A model generated the notes under the pieces. That model was given only the letters and a program-made list of their open reading frames with translations. It was not told where the DNA came from and did not search any database. The translations under genes were made by a program, and so were the position numbers. A stretch of 64,000 bases of DNA from Eledone cirrhosa (Eukaryota), in NCBI GenBank assembly GCA_964016885.1, contig OZ024740.1, positions 171,802,001 through 171,866,000 of the forward strand. The letters are read 5' to 3'. Positions 47,097 to 62,471 of this stretch are shown piece by piece. Numbering within the stretch: the first letter of the stretch is position 1; every line of letters starts with the position of its first letter.

Positions 47097-47465
47097 CATG
47101 TTTTATTCGTCCTGGAGTAATGACAAGTAAGCTAGGTCTCATCAGTATAGTATTTAAGTAAAAATCTGGGAAATATGAAACTAAATCCCACTACTTTTCC
47201 CCTCATATTTCTCCGGTATATAATTTAAATCTCCATTTTAACAAAACTATAACTAAACTATGTTATATATTTCGTATAATCTATACATATATCATTAAAA
47301 TAGAACAAACTGCTCTAAATAGAGAGATATTCACTTTTCTAAACCACAAATTCGTTGACAAATATTCATTTTCCAAACCACAGATTAGTTATATCTCCTT
47401 TTTATACGTCCTTTTGCAAGATATTTCGTCAGTTTAGGCATCGCTTCACTTCCGGTTTAGATTAA

Positions 47466-47554
<89 letters not shown>

Positions 47555-47787
47555 CACATTTAAATGTATGTCCGAAAAATTGAAACCTCCTCCACTTGCT
47601 CCAAGCGTGATCCTAATATAAGTGTGTAAAATTGCTTCCTGTGTTTTGTTTTACTATAATATATACACATTTATACTCTGGGCGATAATGTTTAGCTTAT
47701 CGATCCATTGAGTGATTTGTGATTGCCCCAAAATACAATTTTAGTCCCTGGTATATGGCAGCTACAACTTCGATTCGTATCCAATAT

Positions 47788-47851
<64 letters not shown>

Positions 47852-47879
47852 TGTGTGTATGTGTGTGTGTGTGTGTGTG

Positions 47880-48012
47880 TAAAAAGAAATAACAACACAA
47901 CCGGTACAGTATAGGGAAGGAATATATTAGGTTAACGCTTGAAATAGCAGGAAGAGGGTCTTAAGGTTTCGGACGCTAGTCCTTCATCAGAAGAAAGAAT
48001 GAGAAATTCGAA
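47880..48012 (-). mobile_element. Penelope-like pLTR remnant with HHR (47959-47994)
   Basis: Minus strand: tctt CTGATGA a ggac-tagc-gtcc GAAA cc TT^ aaga. Confidence 0.65.
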
Positions 48013-49004
48013 ATATATATATATATGAAAGGGTAATTTTCAAATAAAGCCCTCTTTTACATGGCAAAATCATTAGGGCATCGGAAAAATGCTTTGTAGT
48101 TGCAACCTTCTATGTTCTGTGTATAAATCTCATTGAAGTCAAGTTTGCCTTTCGTCTTTACGTGGTCGATAAAATATAACATCAGTAATGCACTAGGTTC
48201 GATTTAATCGACTTTACCCTCCTTCCAAAATTGTTGGCCTTGTACATAAATTATAAACCATTATTTTAGCCCCCCCCCCCCACACACACACATATACATA
48301 CACACACATACACATATACATGCACACACAGGCGTGTGTGTGTGCGTTTGTGTTTGTATGCGGGTGTACTTATTTGCGTATGTACAGACACGGAATTTCA
48401 AAGAAAGATACACCCACCACTCGGCATGTGTGTATGAAACCGTGAAGGTGGATAAGATAGCATGAGTATTCAAATAAATCCTGACCTGTTCACAGGTGAT
48501 AAACCAAGAACGCTCTTTAAAAATCTTCACAATCAAAATAAAGGAGTTAGTTAAACAAGGCAGCTCGATAGTAATGAAAACCAGTGTTGTAAATGTGTAA
48601 AGAAAAACATTTTCAAGTTGGGATCAAGAGTATCTGGATAAAAAAAAAATGAAATGTTTATGTAAACCTTTTCAAGGAAGAAGTAATGTAAAAATGTATG
48701 CTTGAATAATATCTAAGTGTAATGTTATCAAGTGGTGTGTGTTATTTAGTTCGTAACTTGCAGCCTGTTTGTTGCCGTGTTGATTTATTTATTTATTTAT
48801 TTATTTATTAGTTTATTTATTTATTTGTTTGTTTGTTTATTTTTGTAACAGTTACTTTATATGATTTCATGAGTCAGTAATTTTTATTTTTATTTTTTAT
48901 TTTTATCATATTATTTTTTTTTTCAATTAAACGATTTATTCGCAATTTCCTGTAGGGGTTCATATTATATGTGTATGTAAATATATATGTATATATATAT
49001 AAAT

Positions 49005-49082
<78 letters not shown>

Positions 49083-49213
49083 TATATATATAAATAATAT
49101 ATAGTAATAATAATAAATTTGAAGACTAAAATCCAAAGATTTTAATAAATATAAATATATATATATATATATAAATATATATATATATAAATATATATAA
49201 ATATATATATATA

Positions 49214-49247
<34 letters not shown>

Positions 49248-49248
49248 A

Positions 49249-49299
<51 letters not shown>

Positions 49300-49366
49300 A
49301 AAAAAAATATATATATATATATATACATACACACATATATATATATATGCATATTCACACATACAC

Positions 49367-49427
<61 letters not shown>

Positions 49428-49725
49428 TAACAGCTATAGTTTTTTATTGTTTTTTTTTCTCATATTTTCATATGATTCCTTTCCAGTTCGTTTGGAAAGA
49501 TAAATTTACTAAATCCATCATCAATATTTCTTTTTCAGTTAAATTTCATTTTCAGTTAAATATTTTGTAGTTGGCAAATGGGAATTTTGTAGACTTTACC
49601 GCTAAAATTTTACCGTTAGAATTATATTTTATAGCTCCAACTGTTACATTGGCTGTGCATACACTATCATCTCGTAGGCTCACCATGCAATCACTACCAA
49701 GAGCAATGACAACATAAAACAAGCT

Positions 49726-49920
49726 CAGACCTGTCAACTCTTCCCGTCCGACGGGGAGATCTCCCACCCACTTTGAGGTGGGTGAGCGATGTCTTCTCTT
49801 GTGAAAATGGGTATAGCTTTCACTATGTAAAATTTCCCCTTTTTGCCTAATTTCTTCCCGTTTTGGGGCACTTGTTTTCATGGTACACCCCGTTTGGGTT
49901 CTTAGAGTTTGGCATGTTTA
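49726..49920. mobile_element. ~190-bp MITE (second copy at 55406-55596)
   Basis: Two similar copies with imperfect TIRs cagacctgtcaactc / gagtttggcatgttt. Confidence 0.7.
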
Positions 49921-51550
49921 CAAGCTAGATAGGAATATATTAGTGGATAACATACTCGAACTACAATGAATTCTCCACAAAAGAAGACTATTAATTACGG
50001 AAGCATTGCTCATATCACAAAGTAATGCTACAGTGTCATAAACAAAATAAACGTATAAATCTAACGGTTATATTTTGGTGGAAAAGTCTACACAAATCAC
50101 ATTCACCTACTGTAAAAGATGTCGTACAAAAGCCAATAATACCTTACATCTTGAATATACGACAGTGAAAGTGTGAAAACATTGAAATATATAAAACATC
50201 CCCAATAAAAATATATAACTAGAACATAGTACTGCTTTAATATTTATATAATTATATCATTCTATTTATAGCTTGCATTTGGTCATTTCATTTATCAGCT
50301 TTCGACTGGATCTCGACGAGTTCGGCACCCCTCGATAGTATCGCTCCATCCAACAGCGCAAAAGATGTGATGCTTCCAGCGAATATTCAGGTTTTATAGT
50401 ACTCTGTGTAGCACATTTTCTTTTGCTTTCGTTGTCCATACAGTCATCAAAAGAATCTGAGTGTCGTTATAACCAATCCAACCCTTCAGAACGTGTTATG
50501 TTTACTTCTAGTTGTGTGTGTGCTCTCTACTCTTAGCGTTGGTCTTTTTCTCAAAGTGTTCAACCATATTCATACTGAATCAATTTTTGCTTCCCTCTGC
50601 AGTTCTTGAATCACTACTATACTCTCTTTTCCAAGTTCAGTATCAGCGTTTTTGCTAGTATTAATAGCATCTGATCACATTGCAGCAGTTTTCTCTCCCT
50701 GAATGGTTGGAATCATAGCGGTGATTATGAACAGTTTTCAAAAACTCCATGCCTGCTACTGCTACTGAGAGGGAGGTGGGGCATTATCGTTTAAAGATAC
50801 ACTTAATAAGTACTACAATACTGTCACCCTGGCCCCTTTCCCCGAATTGTGCACAAAACGATGAAATAGCTATTTCAAATAGTTTTTGTTACGTCTAGAA
50901 TGGTTGTTTTGTAATCGCAAATCCGGACACCTAATATCCCTAATTACTCGCAGATCAAGTTAATTAGATCTTATCAGATCTGAAGAGGCCTCATAAGACT
51001 CACAATATTATGCATGCAGTTTATTGGACGGATTTAAATATCATCCGCTTCACTTTGTGCGGTTGAAGGCTGTGGGGGAAAGGATAGTCTAATGAACGGC
51101 TCTCTACAATCAAGACTTCATTATCAATTGTTCAAGTATCACATCAAGTGGGAGATAAGAGTGAGAGGAGGAGAATGAAGTGCCCTCCCCTGTAAATATA
51201 CTGAAAGATAGGTAATCAGTCGAGCATGGCCTGTGTACGTGAACTTGCTCTGAAAATGTGCTTGTATATGTGGGTAGAATTTTGGGAGTTAGGACACTTG
51301 CCTTTGTGAGTCATGATAGTTAAGAATTAATGTTGGTTTCCCTGATAGAACCAAGATGGGTGTTCTTTTACTTCAATCGCTTTATTGTAAATATTCGATT
51401 TTGTTGTACGTTGTTTGTTTTTTCGAGTCTGTTTTCGACGTTCTATCTTTTTTAATTTGTCCTTCTAACAACACCTGTCCTTCATATTTATGCCAATAAT
51501 AAAATAATTATTAATATTATTCTTACTGTTATTCTTATTACCATTGCTAT

Positions 51551-52348
51551 GGCAGATCGATAGAATTGGGAGAGCATCGGATAAATTATCAGTGTGGTAT
51601 TTGCTCTGGCTTTTTACATTCTAATTTCAAATTCCGCCGTGGTCGACTGTACTTTTCATCCTTCTGGGGTCGTTCGGTGTCCGTGTATTGCTGACGTGAA
51701 GTTTTGTCGAACAGCTATTATCACGTGTTGGACGGATCCGGCTATCAGCAAACTCCATAGTGAAGATCACCCTGCTACCTTTTTTTTGCCAGGAGGAAGG
51801 GTGGCGGGCAGACAGTCTCCTCTGTCTATAGCGAAAGAAGTTATGGAGTGGACGAGACTGAAAGGACTGAAGCCAGACATTCCTCTTTGACGAAGCGCTA
51901 ATTGACGTTTTCAAAATCTACTTTGAAAGGAAAGTGAGGTTGGAAAATAAAGTGCTGCCTCCCATGCATCCTCCTCTCTATATTTGTTAAAAGGTTAATG
52001 TGACGTGTATAGCCTTGTGAATGGGTCTCCTCTAAGCACGCGCCTGTAGATTGGAAATTTGAAAGTGAAAAAGGATGCTTTCTTATGGTGCTCTTGGCAA
52101 TCAGTTAGAACTGTGTAAAATTGCTTCCTGTGTTTTGTTTTACTATAATATATACACTGTGGGGGTTCCTAAATTACCCTTGGGTGGTGTTCCCCGTTAT
52201 TAGGGAATTCTGTTGTTAATATTTTTCTTGTTATTTTGTTATCTGTTTTTCTGTTTACTCGATTTATGTAAATCCCGACTGTCCTTGTTCGTTTGTATTG
52301 TCCTTTGTGTTTCGGCCCTAGTGGCCAATACAGAAATAATTATTATTA
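51551..52348 (+). mobile_element. SINE 5' part (51551-51672) joined to a Tx1/L1 3' fragment (51673-52348)
   Basis: The SINE core up to catccttctggggtcg is followed directly by sequence homologous to 285-945. Confidence 0.75.
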
Positions 52349-52545
52349 GGGCGGTGGATAGGTAGTATCGGTAGAGCGTCAGACAACATCCTTTGCAGCA
52401 TAGAGTTATGGCCCTTTACGGTCTGAGTTCAAATCCCGCCAAGGTTAACTTTGCCTTTCATCCCTACGGGGTCGATTTAATCGACTTTTCCCTCCCCTTC
52501 AAATTGCTGGCCTTGTGCCTAGAGTAGAAACAATTATTATTATTA
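52349..52545 (+). mobile_element. SINE
   Basis: Same family as 34428-34624. Confidence 0.85.
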
Positions 52546-52651
52546 TTATCAACATCATCATCATAATCGTCATTATCATCATCATCATCATCATTATTAA
52601 CAGGAATAGCAAAAGGATTATTTATTAGTATCAGAGAGCAAGTGAGAGAGA

Positions 52652-52712
<61 letters not shown>

Positions 52713-53098
52713 AAACACACATATGAACATAGAGAAACACACACGTACGTTATATTAACGAACACAGGATGTGTGGTATATTGAACCGGTCTTCCACGAA
52801 GACCTTTTGAATGTAAACAAGAGGCATGTATAGTGATTTTCCGCCTATTTCTTTCATGCTGCTTCACACTAAAGTCACCCCATACTGGTTGAGGTACATA
52901 GTGACGTGCTAGTGTCTTTATGTACAAACAGATATCTAAACTAAACGGTAAATAATAAAACACAAAACAGTGAAATAACACGTGCACAGCTTCTTAACCT
53001 GAATAACAACATAGGCTCACAGGTGTCCTAGTGAGATTATATATATGAATATATATATATTATATATATATATGTGTGTGTGTGTGTGTACATACATA

Positions 53099-53134
<36 letters not shown>

Positions 53135-53139
53135 ATACA

Positions 53140-53173
<34 letters not shown>

Positions 53174-53325
53174 CACACACATATATATGTATGTACATAC
53201 GCACACACACACATACGCACACACACACACACATATATATATATACATATATATATGTGTGTGTGCGTGTGTGTGCGTGTGTGTGTGTGTGTGTGTGCGC
53301 ACGTGTGTGTGTGTGTACATACATA

Positions 53326-53369
<44 letters not shown>

Positions 53370-53375
53370 GGTATG

Positions 53376-53477
<102 letters not shown>

Positions 53478-53949
53478 CGTGTGTGTGTGTGTATGTGTGT
53501 AGATATATCCGTAGGTGTGAAAAAGGAAAAAGGAAAAGTGTGTTGAATCGTGAAGATATATGATACATTATATTGTTTATTTATGTTCATACATGGGACA
53601 AAAGCGCTGGTTTCAAGGCCAAATATTGACCATATCTAAAAGATGTAAGAAAGATCAAAGTCCGAAAAGTTTCTAGTTGATAAGAAAATTAGGATGTAGT
53701 TGTAATTCAATCCAGAGCTTTGTAGTTACGTAAGAGGTGTTTCGAGAGGTGTGGACAACGTGTGAAGAATTCATTTCTCGTGTTTAGGCAATCGCTATTG
53801 CATAATCTCTTTAGAATATTTATGTCCATTATACGAGCTGAGGATCCGCTAAGGTGAAACAATTGTTCTCGGTATGGTGAACTAACTGTTGTGTAACCAC
53901 TTCTATATATATATATATATATATTATATAACTAGCAAATAGTTTATCG

Positions 53950-54089
<140 letters not shown>

Positions 54090-54299
54090 ATGTGTGTGTA
54101 TATTTCGAATATATACTATTGGAGTGTTAGTTCGTTTTGAAACCTTTAGAAAATGTATGAACCTCAAACGCGGTAAAAAAAATGTAACTAAAGTCGATTG
54201 CTACAAACCCGATTTTCTAAGCTATTATTTATAGCAATCGACTGTGATTGCAGTTACTTTCTGCTTTGGGGATTCATAGATTTTCAAATATATATATGA

Positions 54300-54635
54300 A
54301 TTTAACTAAACTTGTTTTGTTACAATTTGGGAGTGTCATGCTGCCAATAAAAGCACACGCACCTGTTGTTTTCACTTCAATTTTGTTTATAAACTTTCAG
54401 TTGGTTTCTTCCATACCCGGGTGGTTGTTTATTTGTTTATTTGTTCATTGTCAAAACAAATAAACAACCATCCGGCTACTAAACTAACCAACTGGAAATT
54501 TTAATAAATTGAAGTGAAAAACAGGTGAATGTGTTTTTATTAGCAGCATGGCACTCCCAAAGTATAACAATATCTGTTTCAACACACGTTTTCAGATAAG
54601 AAATATTGCAAAACAAATACATAAACTTGTTTTGT
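54300..54635. repeat. Imperfect ~150-bp inverted repeat related to 5446-5650
   Basis: tttgggagtgtcatgctgccaataaaagcacac / gtgtttttattagcagcatggcactcccaaa. Confidence 0.75.
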
Positions 54636-54736
54636 TTTCCATTAAATTCTCCAACAATGATGGTATTTATGAAAGTGCTAGATCTAGTTGGGATGTATAT
54701 CATAATGGAGCTGTGGGTAAGTTTGGTGGCAAAATA

Positions 54737-54840
54737 TACAGGGTGTCCCGAAAAATGTATACACACTTTGATTACCTGTACAGGAAATATTTAGTAGAAT
54801 GCTGTTGAAGTGTGTATACATTTTTTGGGGACACCCTGTA
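54737..54840. mobile_element. Mariner-type mini-MITE
   Basis: TA|CAGGGTGTCCCGAAAAATGTATACACACTT ... AAGTGTGTATACATTTTTTGGGGACACCCTG|TA. Confidence 0.85.
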
Positions 54841-55857
54841 TGTATATTTATGTCCTTTATGTTGCCTCTTTTTTCTAAATATTCGTATTCTTAATGTAAT
54901 GAAGTTGTCTATAAATTTAGAAATGTTTTTTTTTAATTTTATTATTTTATTTTTATGGTATCTATGTACTGGATGCATAATTTTATACATTGTCAGACCT
55001 CCTCAGTTTTGATAGGGTCTTTCTAATTTCATTGATCACAGTGTAAAATAAGTATATTAAGTTTCTGCTTTTGCGGTAGGAAAAAAGTTTTTGTAAATTA
55101 TCACTACGTGAATGGTATTTATGATATTAACATATTTTAGTTCCACAACAATGCATTGGTTGCATTGTATAATCTTTTTTTTTTTTTTGTCACGTTTACC
55201 AGGCATTTTTTCTTTTAAATTCCTGTTTAAAATATTCTTTGCAAATGTTTGACGTTAGAAAAGGTGATAAGAACGACACTTTACGTTTTATTCGTCGTTG
55301 TTGATTTATTATTTTTTGAAATGTCATGTATTCAATCAAACTTCGAGTATTCGAACAAGACAGATGGGGAACATTTTGTTCATATAATAGACCTGATCGT
55401 AAATCCAGACCAGTCAACTCTCCCCGTCTGACGAGGAGATCGTTCTACCCACTTTGGGGTGGGTGAGAGATGTCTTCTCTTGTCAAAATGGGTGTAGCTT
55501 TTATTATGTAAAATCTTCCCATTTTGCCTCATTTATCCCCGTTTGGGGCACTTTTTTTCATGGTACTCCCCGTGTGGGTTTTTAGAGGTTGGCAGAAAGC
55601 CATACTGAACATAATTGCGTAAAAAGAATGTTTACAGGGTGTGTATGAAATTTTCAATGTATTCTTGTGCATTGCTTTTGTCGTATTCTGGGGGTTTTCA
55701 GATTCTCTGGGATCTAGGAAACCTCAATTAACTGAGATTATACATGCAATTAGTAGCAAAAAATTCTCTTTGTGGTTACTTAAATTCTAAAAAACAAGAA
55801 GCACTAACAACAGCTAACCGAAATATTTTGGAAAATAAATACAGATCAACACCGTCG

Positions 55858-57245
55858 TCAGATGTTGGACGGACGACGGGTTAAGTTGCTTGGGGTCTTG
55901 TTCGGACCAGACCTCCAAGTGGATAAGAAATGGGACAAAGTAACGAATAGAGTGGCTACTCTCACCAAGAAATGAACCGAGAGGAAGCTATGCCTGAAAG
56001 GTCGGGTGAAGGTGACGAACGTGTAGATCGTTTCCGTCATCTACTACCGCCAGACCGTCGAGCCTTGCCCCTGTTCACACCGCACCAACAAGAACGTTTG
56101 CACTTCAACTTTTTGTGGAAGAGACAGGTTCCATTGGTGAGGTGGTTCATCTACCGCCAGCTCCCTCCACGCAGAGGGCTGGGCATGCCGTGGCATCTTC
56201 AGATATTCTTAAACGATGTACAGATGTGGTCGCCGTTTGTGAGACAGGCCTTTCCGCAGGTCGTCACTTTGACTGAACTGCAGTCCTGTGCCAAGAAGAG
56301 ACCGATACTTGGCGTCTGGCATCTGGAATGTTGCCAGGCTCTCACTGCCTTCCACCAGACGGGCAATGCGTTCAGTTGAAATTCCACTCTAGAGTTCTAT
56401 AGAGGATTAGTGGAGGGTAAGTGCGACGACGCACCCGGAGAGGCGCTGGGCGTCCACAAAATCGAACTGACCAGTCGATCCATCGCTAGGCATTGTTACC
56501 GGGGAGCACTGCCGGTTCGGGATAAACCCTACAAGGCACAGAAATGCAGTAAGACGAACATGTCCGAGATGCACACAAAACGACGAAACCGTTCTGCACG
56601 CACTTATCCTGTGTCTGTGCATTACTGACTTGTGGCGTTATGTCGAACAGTTGTTATTGCGTGTGGGACGATTCTGATTATCGATTGAGTCCATTGTGAA
56701 GATCACCCCGCCGCCTTATTTTGGCCGGTAAGGGCAGGCAGTTTTACTCTTTCTGGTTGCTGTAGCGAAAGAGATTGTGTGATGGACCAGGTGGAAAGAA
56801 CTGAAGACAGACACTTTTCTCTACGGACAATCCCTCCCGAAATTTTTAAAGTTTCACTTAGAAAGGAAGGTGAGGACGGAGAGGGAAGTGCTGCCCTCCT
56901 GTACATTTGCTAAAAGGTAGGTGAATAATGCAAGAATCGCTCATGCAAATGGGCATCTTCTTGGCATGAGCCTGTAGGCTGGTGGATTTGAAGAGGAGGG
57001 GATGGAGTCCTTTCCAGGGTGCTCTCGAAGCGTCTGGTGGTTCAGGATTGGTGGGGCTCTTCAGTTGCCTCTGTGTGGTACTCCCCCTATTGGGGAATTT
57101 GTATTGTTTTAATTTAATTGTTTATTGTTATTGTTATTGTTATTGTTTTACACGAAATTTTTGTAAAACCCTCACTGTCACCGTCTTTGTATTGTCCCCT
57201 ACATGTAGGCCCTTGTGGCCAATAAAGAAACAATTATTGTTATTA
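55858..57245 (+). mobile_element. Decayed Tx1/L1 3' fragment (post-RT to tail)
   Basis: VKLLGVLFGPDLQVDKKWDKV, RQAFPQVVTLTELQS, CYRGALPVRDK; the 3' UTR resembles 660-945. Confidence 0.88.
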
Positions 57246-57253
57246 TCATCATC

Positions 57254-57324
<71 letters not shown>

Positions 57325-57877
57325 GAGTAGTAGTAGTGTAAAGAGAATAGGAGGACATCAGTTACACCTGATGTATTAAGAAAAGATATTTCTCAACAAC
57401 TAAATCTACCACAATTGCTGCTGCCTCACCTTAACATAGTATTATTAATGACATCGTGAGAAATATGTCTGGTAATTCCCTAAAGCAATAGTAATAGCTG
57501 TTGTAATGAATAACCAATATCAAAAGATCTGTGTGTGTGTGTGTATGTCTGTGTGGGTACGTGCTGGACATCCGTCGTTTCTGGCGGTGATTGTTCCAGT
57601 TGCTCAAACAACAGAACAACCTACTCGTGAAATTAATGTGCAGTTGGCTGAGTATTCCACATAATCTGGACAACTTCTATCCTTTGCAAAATATTCCATC
57701 CCTTAATACTTGCCGATGCACGTGTTTTTCTCTATCCACCACTCCCTGATCTCATTCTAAGAACGTCCCCCCTCTCTCTCTCCCTTTCTCTCCCTCTCTC
57801 TCTGTCGTGATCCTTTTTTCTCATATTAGCTAGCTAAAATCTAAGCCGTACATTTACCACATTAAATCAATCATTAT

Positions 57878-58285
57878 TGGTGGATTGGCAGTATTGGTAG
57901 AGGGTCGGACGCCATGCTTTGACGTATAGAGTTACGGCCCTTGCCATTCTGAGTTCAAATCCCACCGAGGTTAACTTTGCCTTTCGTCCTTACGGGGTTG
58001 ATAAAATAAAGTACCAGTAATACACTGGGTAATTGCTGGCCTTGTGCCTAACGTAGAAACAATTATTTCTATCCATAAGTTGGGCTTGAATTGACAGTAT
58101 CGGCAAAACATCGGACATGTTTTGCAGCATATAATTACAGCCGTTTACGTCCCGAGTTCAAACCTCACCGAAGTTAGCTTTGGGGGTCAATAAAATAAAG
58201 TACCAGTAACGCACTTGGGTAGATTTAATTGACTTTCCCCTTCCCTGAAAATTGCTGAGATTATGCCAAAAGTAGAAACAACTAT
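57878..58285 (+). mobile_element. Two tandem SINE copies
   Basis: Same family as 34428-34624. Confidence 0.8.
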
Positions 58286-58329
58286 TTCTATTCATATGCG
58301 TAATGATGACCTGTAGAGGCTAAGAGAAT

Positions 58330-58720
58330 TTCCCTTTTCATATTGACAAATAAAAATAGCTTTCGGTATTACAAGGCGGAGCACTAATATCAAATAAACA
58401 CTTGATTAAGATGGAGAAATTCCTGTGTTTACTAGATGTAGTGAAAATATTCTCATGGGGTGAATGATTTCATTACGAACATCCAGAATCCACTTTGAAA
58501 TGTAAATTCATAAGGTCCATCCAAATTCCATTGACTTTAAGGTCAGTGACTCAAACTCTATATCAAGCATAGCATATGAAGGAAATAAAGGACTCGCCCA
58601 TTTCTCACGACACTTACTAAAATACCAAATAGTGCGGTTTCCGGCCTTCAAATAGTCAATATTTTCTCACAAAGTCTACAGCATTATGGTATTTCCTGGA
58701 TGTTAAGTCTTGAGAGTTAA
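58330..58720 (-). mobile_element. Possible Tc1/mariner transposase remnant
   Basis: Minus-strand WNLDGP near 58510-58535 resembles the Tc1-family FNLDGPDG motif; heavily decayed. Confidence 0.35.
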
Positions 58721-58793
58721 GTTTACTTATCAATCAATCAACACGTAAGTATAAAATAGGGGCCAACGGTCATATAGGCACACACAAATACAA

Positions 58794-58864
<71 letters not shown>

Positions 58865-59062
58865 ACTTCTACAGGACTAGAAATGTTTCAATCGTATGAA
58901 ATCATCCGATACAACTCAGGAATCACACATACACACATATATATAGTGACTTTTTGAATACGGCTGACAAACGAAGCAAAATCCAAATGCTTGGGGAAAC
59001 TCCGAGTACCTAGGAAGGTATGCGCCAGTTTGCCATGTATTTTATTCAATATAGTGTATATA

Positions 59063-59118
<56 letters not shown>

Positions 59119-59528
59119 TATATATATATACGCACACGCACGCACACGCACACGCTCACGCCTACACGCATGCACGCAAATATATATGCGTGTGTATGTA
59201 TTTGACTTAAAGCTAACAGTAGGCGGCGCTGTCCAATTTTTTTCGTCTCAAAAATGTGTATGCTATAAACATAAATTGTAGCGAATATGCAGATAAATAT
59301 GTGTTTTGGCAGTTTGGGGAGAAAATATAATTATTGGAGCCCCCCCCCCCCCCCACACACACACACACACCACCACCACCACCACCACCACCACCACCCC
59401 CAGTTCCACCACCTCTGTATATATATAGTTTTAAAAAAATTATGCTCTATGCCCTTTTCTAAGGGGTTAATATATCGAGCTTCTTCGCATTTGGCAAGAA
59501 ACTAGTATTATACCCAATTTATTCATCT

Positions 59529-60093
<565 letters not shown>

Positions 60094-60130
60094 GATACAT
60101 ACATACAGAGAGAGAGAGAAAGAGAGAGGG

Positions 60131-60161
<31 letters not shown>

Positions 60162-61049
60162 AGAGAGAAAGAGAGAGGGGGAGAGAGAGAGAGAGAGAGG
60201 GGGGCAAGTATCATAAAAACTGAGACCTAACATGAATACTTGGGTACCGCTGAAGACACCCAGGTGACTGGTAGTCAGTTGTGTTAAGTCGTGCAGCCGA
60301 TTCAGTCTACTATCATATAGTACATAAGAGTGGAATTTGAAATGACGATTCCAAGAGCCGCAACAAATAGTGCAGAATATCCTATCCGATGCACAAATGA
60401 CGAAACCAAATCCGCTACCATAGACTAGTGTTTTATTTATCGACCCGGGATGGATAAAAGTTGAAGATGGCCTCGATGAGACTCATCAATCTTCTAGACT
60501 TTATTCTCGAAGGTGACGACTTGTAAATTAATCTCACCAGTCTCGGACGTACTACAACGGTCATTGGTACAAAACCCCGTTTTCCTGATAGTATTTCAAA
60601 GTGGATTCAAGATAGTTACTCTTATACTGGTATCAGTCAGGACACTGCAGTCATGCTGGGGCATATCAATCTCAAATACTTATTTCTTATCGATTCTTTT
60701 TGTCGAATTACTAAGTTACGGGGCATAAAAGAACAGTAAATGAAAAAAAACACAAAAGACATATACACAAACATAAATATGGCAATGATCAACACAGGGT
60801 ATAATGGAAAATACTGACTCAAGCTGTCACGCAACCACGTGTTTACAAAATCAACTCATTAATCCCACAGCCATGCATGCACCTTTATCGATTTCTTTTA
60901 AGAGAGATTTCGTTTAAAATATGATGCGCTCAACTATGGCGGTGCTCCTGCATGGCCGCAGTCTACAGTCAGTGAGTGAAGAGTAATATTACGTTAGCAA
61001 ATTAACTTATTACAGAAACTGTATAAGACTAACTATTAGTAACACTAAT

Positions 61050-61180
61050 AACTGTTTCTAGTTTTGGCACAAGGCCAGCAATTTACCAGTACATTACTGG
61101 TACTTTATTTTTATCGACCCCGTAAGGAGGACAGGTAAAGTTAACCTCGGCGGGATTTTGAACTCACAATGGCAAGGGCC
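61050..61180 (-). mobile_element. SINE, 5'-truncated
   Basis: gtttctagttttggcacaaggccagcaatt..tcgaccccgtaagg..tgaactca. Confidence 0.8.
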
Positions 61181-61380
61181 AACACAACATGATAAGACCC
61201 CCACCTGTCAACAGTAAGCCCTGTGTTAACTTAAAGAGGCATGTTCTTTTGTCGGTTGTTAAAATGTTCCGCATCATAGGAGCACAATGCCTTTCGTTCG
61301 GGTTCCCATACAAGTGAAATAACGTGAGAAATGCAATACAAAACTGTTTATTATTACTGCAAATGACAATGTTAAAATAT

Positions 61381-61624
61381 CACCATCGTCATCATCATCA
61401 TCACCATCGTCATCATCATCATCATCATTATCATCATTATCCTCAACATCATCGTCATTATCATCATCATCACCATCGTCATCATCATCATCATCATTAT
61501 CATCATTATCCTCAACATCATCGTCATTATCATCATCATCACCATCGTCATCATCATCATCATCATTATCATCATTATCCTCAACATCATCGTCATTATC
61601 ATCATCATCATCATCATCATCATC
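61381..61624. repeat. (CAT)n microsatellite with a 66-bp higher-order repeat
   Basis: cattatcctcaacatcatcgtcattat recurs three times at 66-bp spacing. Confidence 0.9.
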
Positions 61625-61914
61625 TAACCTTGTGCCTAAATCAGGAACTATTATTATTTTTATTATTATTGTTGTTATTATTATTATTCATTGGTAGTGT
61701 CATATGGTTTTTCCAGCAACGGGGAGGTGAAGCATATTGTTGCTATAGTTTTACAGTTTTGTTACTTTTGTTGTTGATGTTGGTATTATAGTATTATTGT
61801 ATATGATGATCATCATCATCATCATCATGATTGAGATAATGAGAAGTATTGTTTGTGTGTCTTTTTCTTTTTACTTTCTTAGAATATTCACATATATATA
61901 TGTGTGTATGTGCA

Positions 61915-61945
<31 letters not shown>

Positions 61946-61964
61946 ATATATGTGTGTGTGTGTA

Positions 61965-62014
<50 letters not shown>

Positions 62015-62361
62015 AAGGCTCACATATATGCATGTGTATTCGCATTCGTGTGTGCATGTATGGCTGTGTATGTGTGTGTATGTGTGTATATGAGATAGGG
62101 GAGGGACAGAGAGAGAGAGACAGAGAGAGAGAGAGACAGAGAGAGACAGACAGAGAGAGAGAGACAGAGAGAGACAGAGAGAGAGAGACACAGAGAGAGA
62201 GAGACAGAGAGAGAGAGAGAGACAGAGAGAGAGAGACGAGGGAAAGAACTAGAAAGAGAGAGTGGTGAGAGAAAATGGGAGAATCAATGAAGAGGGGAGG
62301 AAGAGAATACGTACCAAAGTAGTTATAGATACTAGATAAATTGTGTGAATGCATGCGCACT

Positions 62362-62427
<66 letters not shown>

Positions 62428-62471
62428 CGCAATGCATCAAGCAGACTTAAATACTCTCTTATATATATTTA

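Noticed and set aside
50280-50800. Possible pogo/Tigger transposase remnant
   Set aside because: Only vague similarity, with no diagnostic motif or TIR that I can support.
61324-61791. His-rich 155-aa ORF
   Set aside because: It is a translation of (CAT)n and (TTA)n microsatellites.
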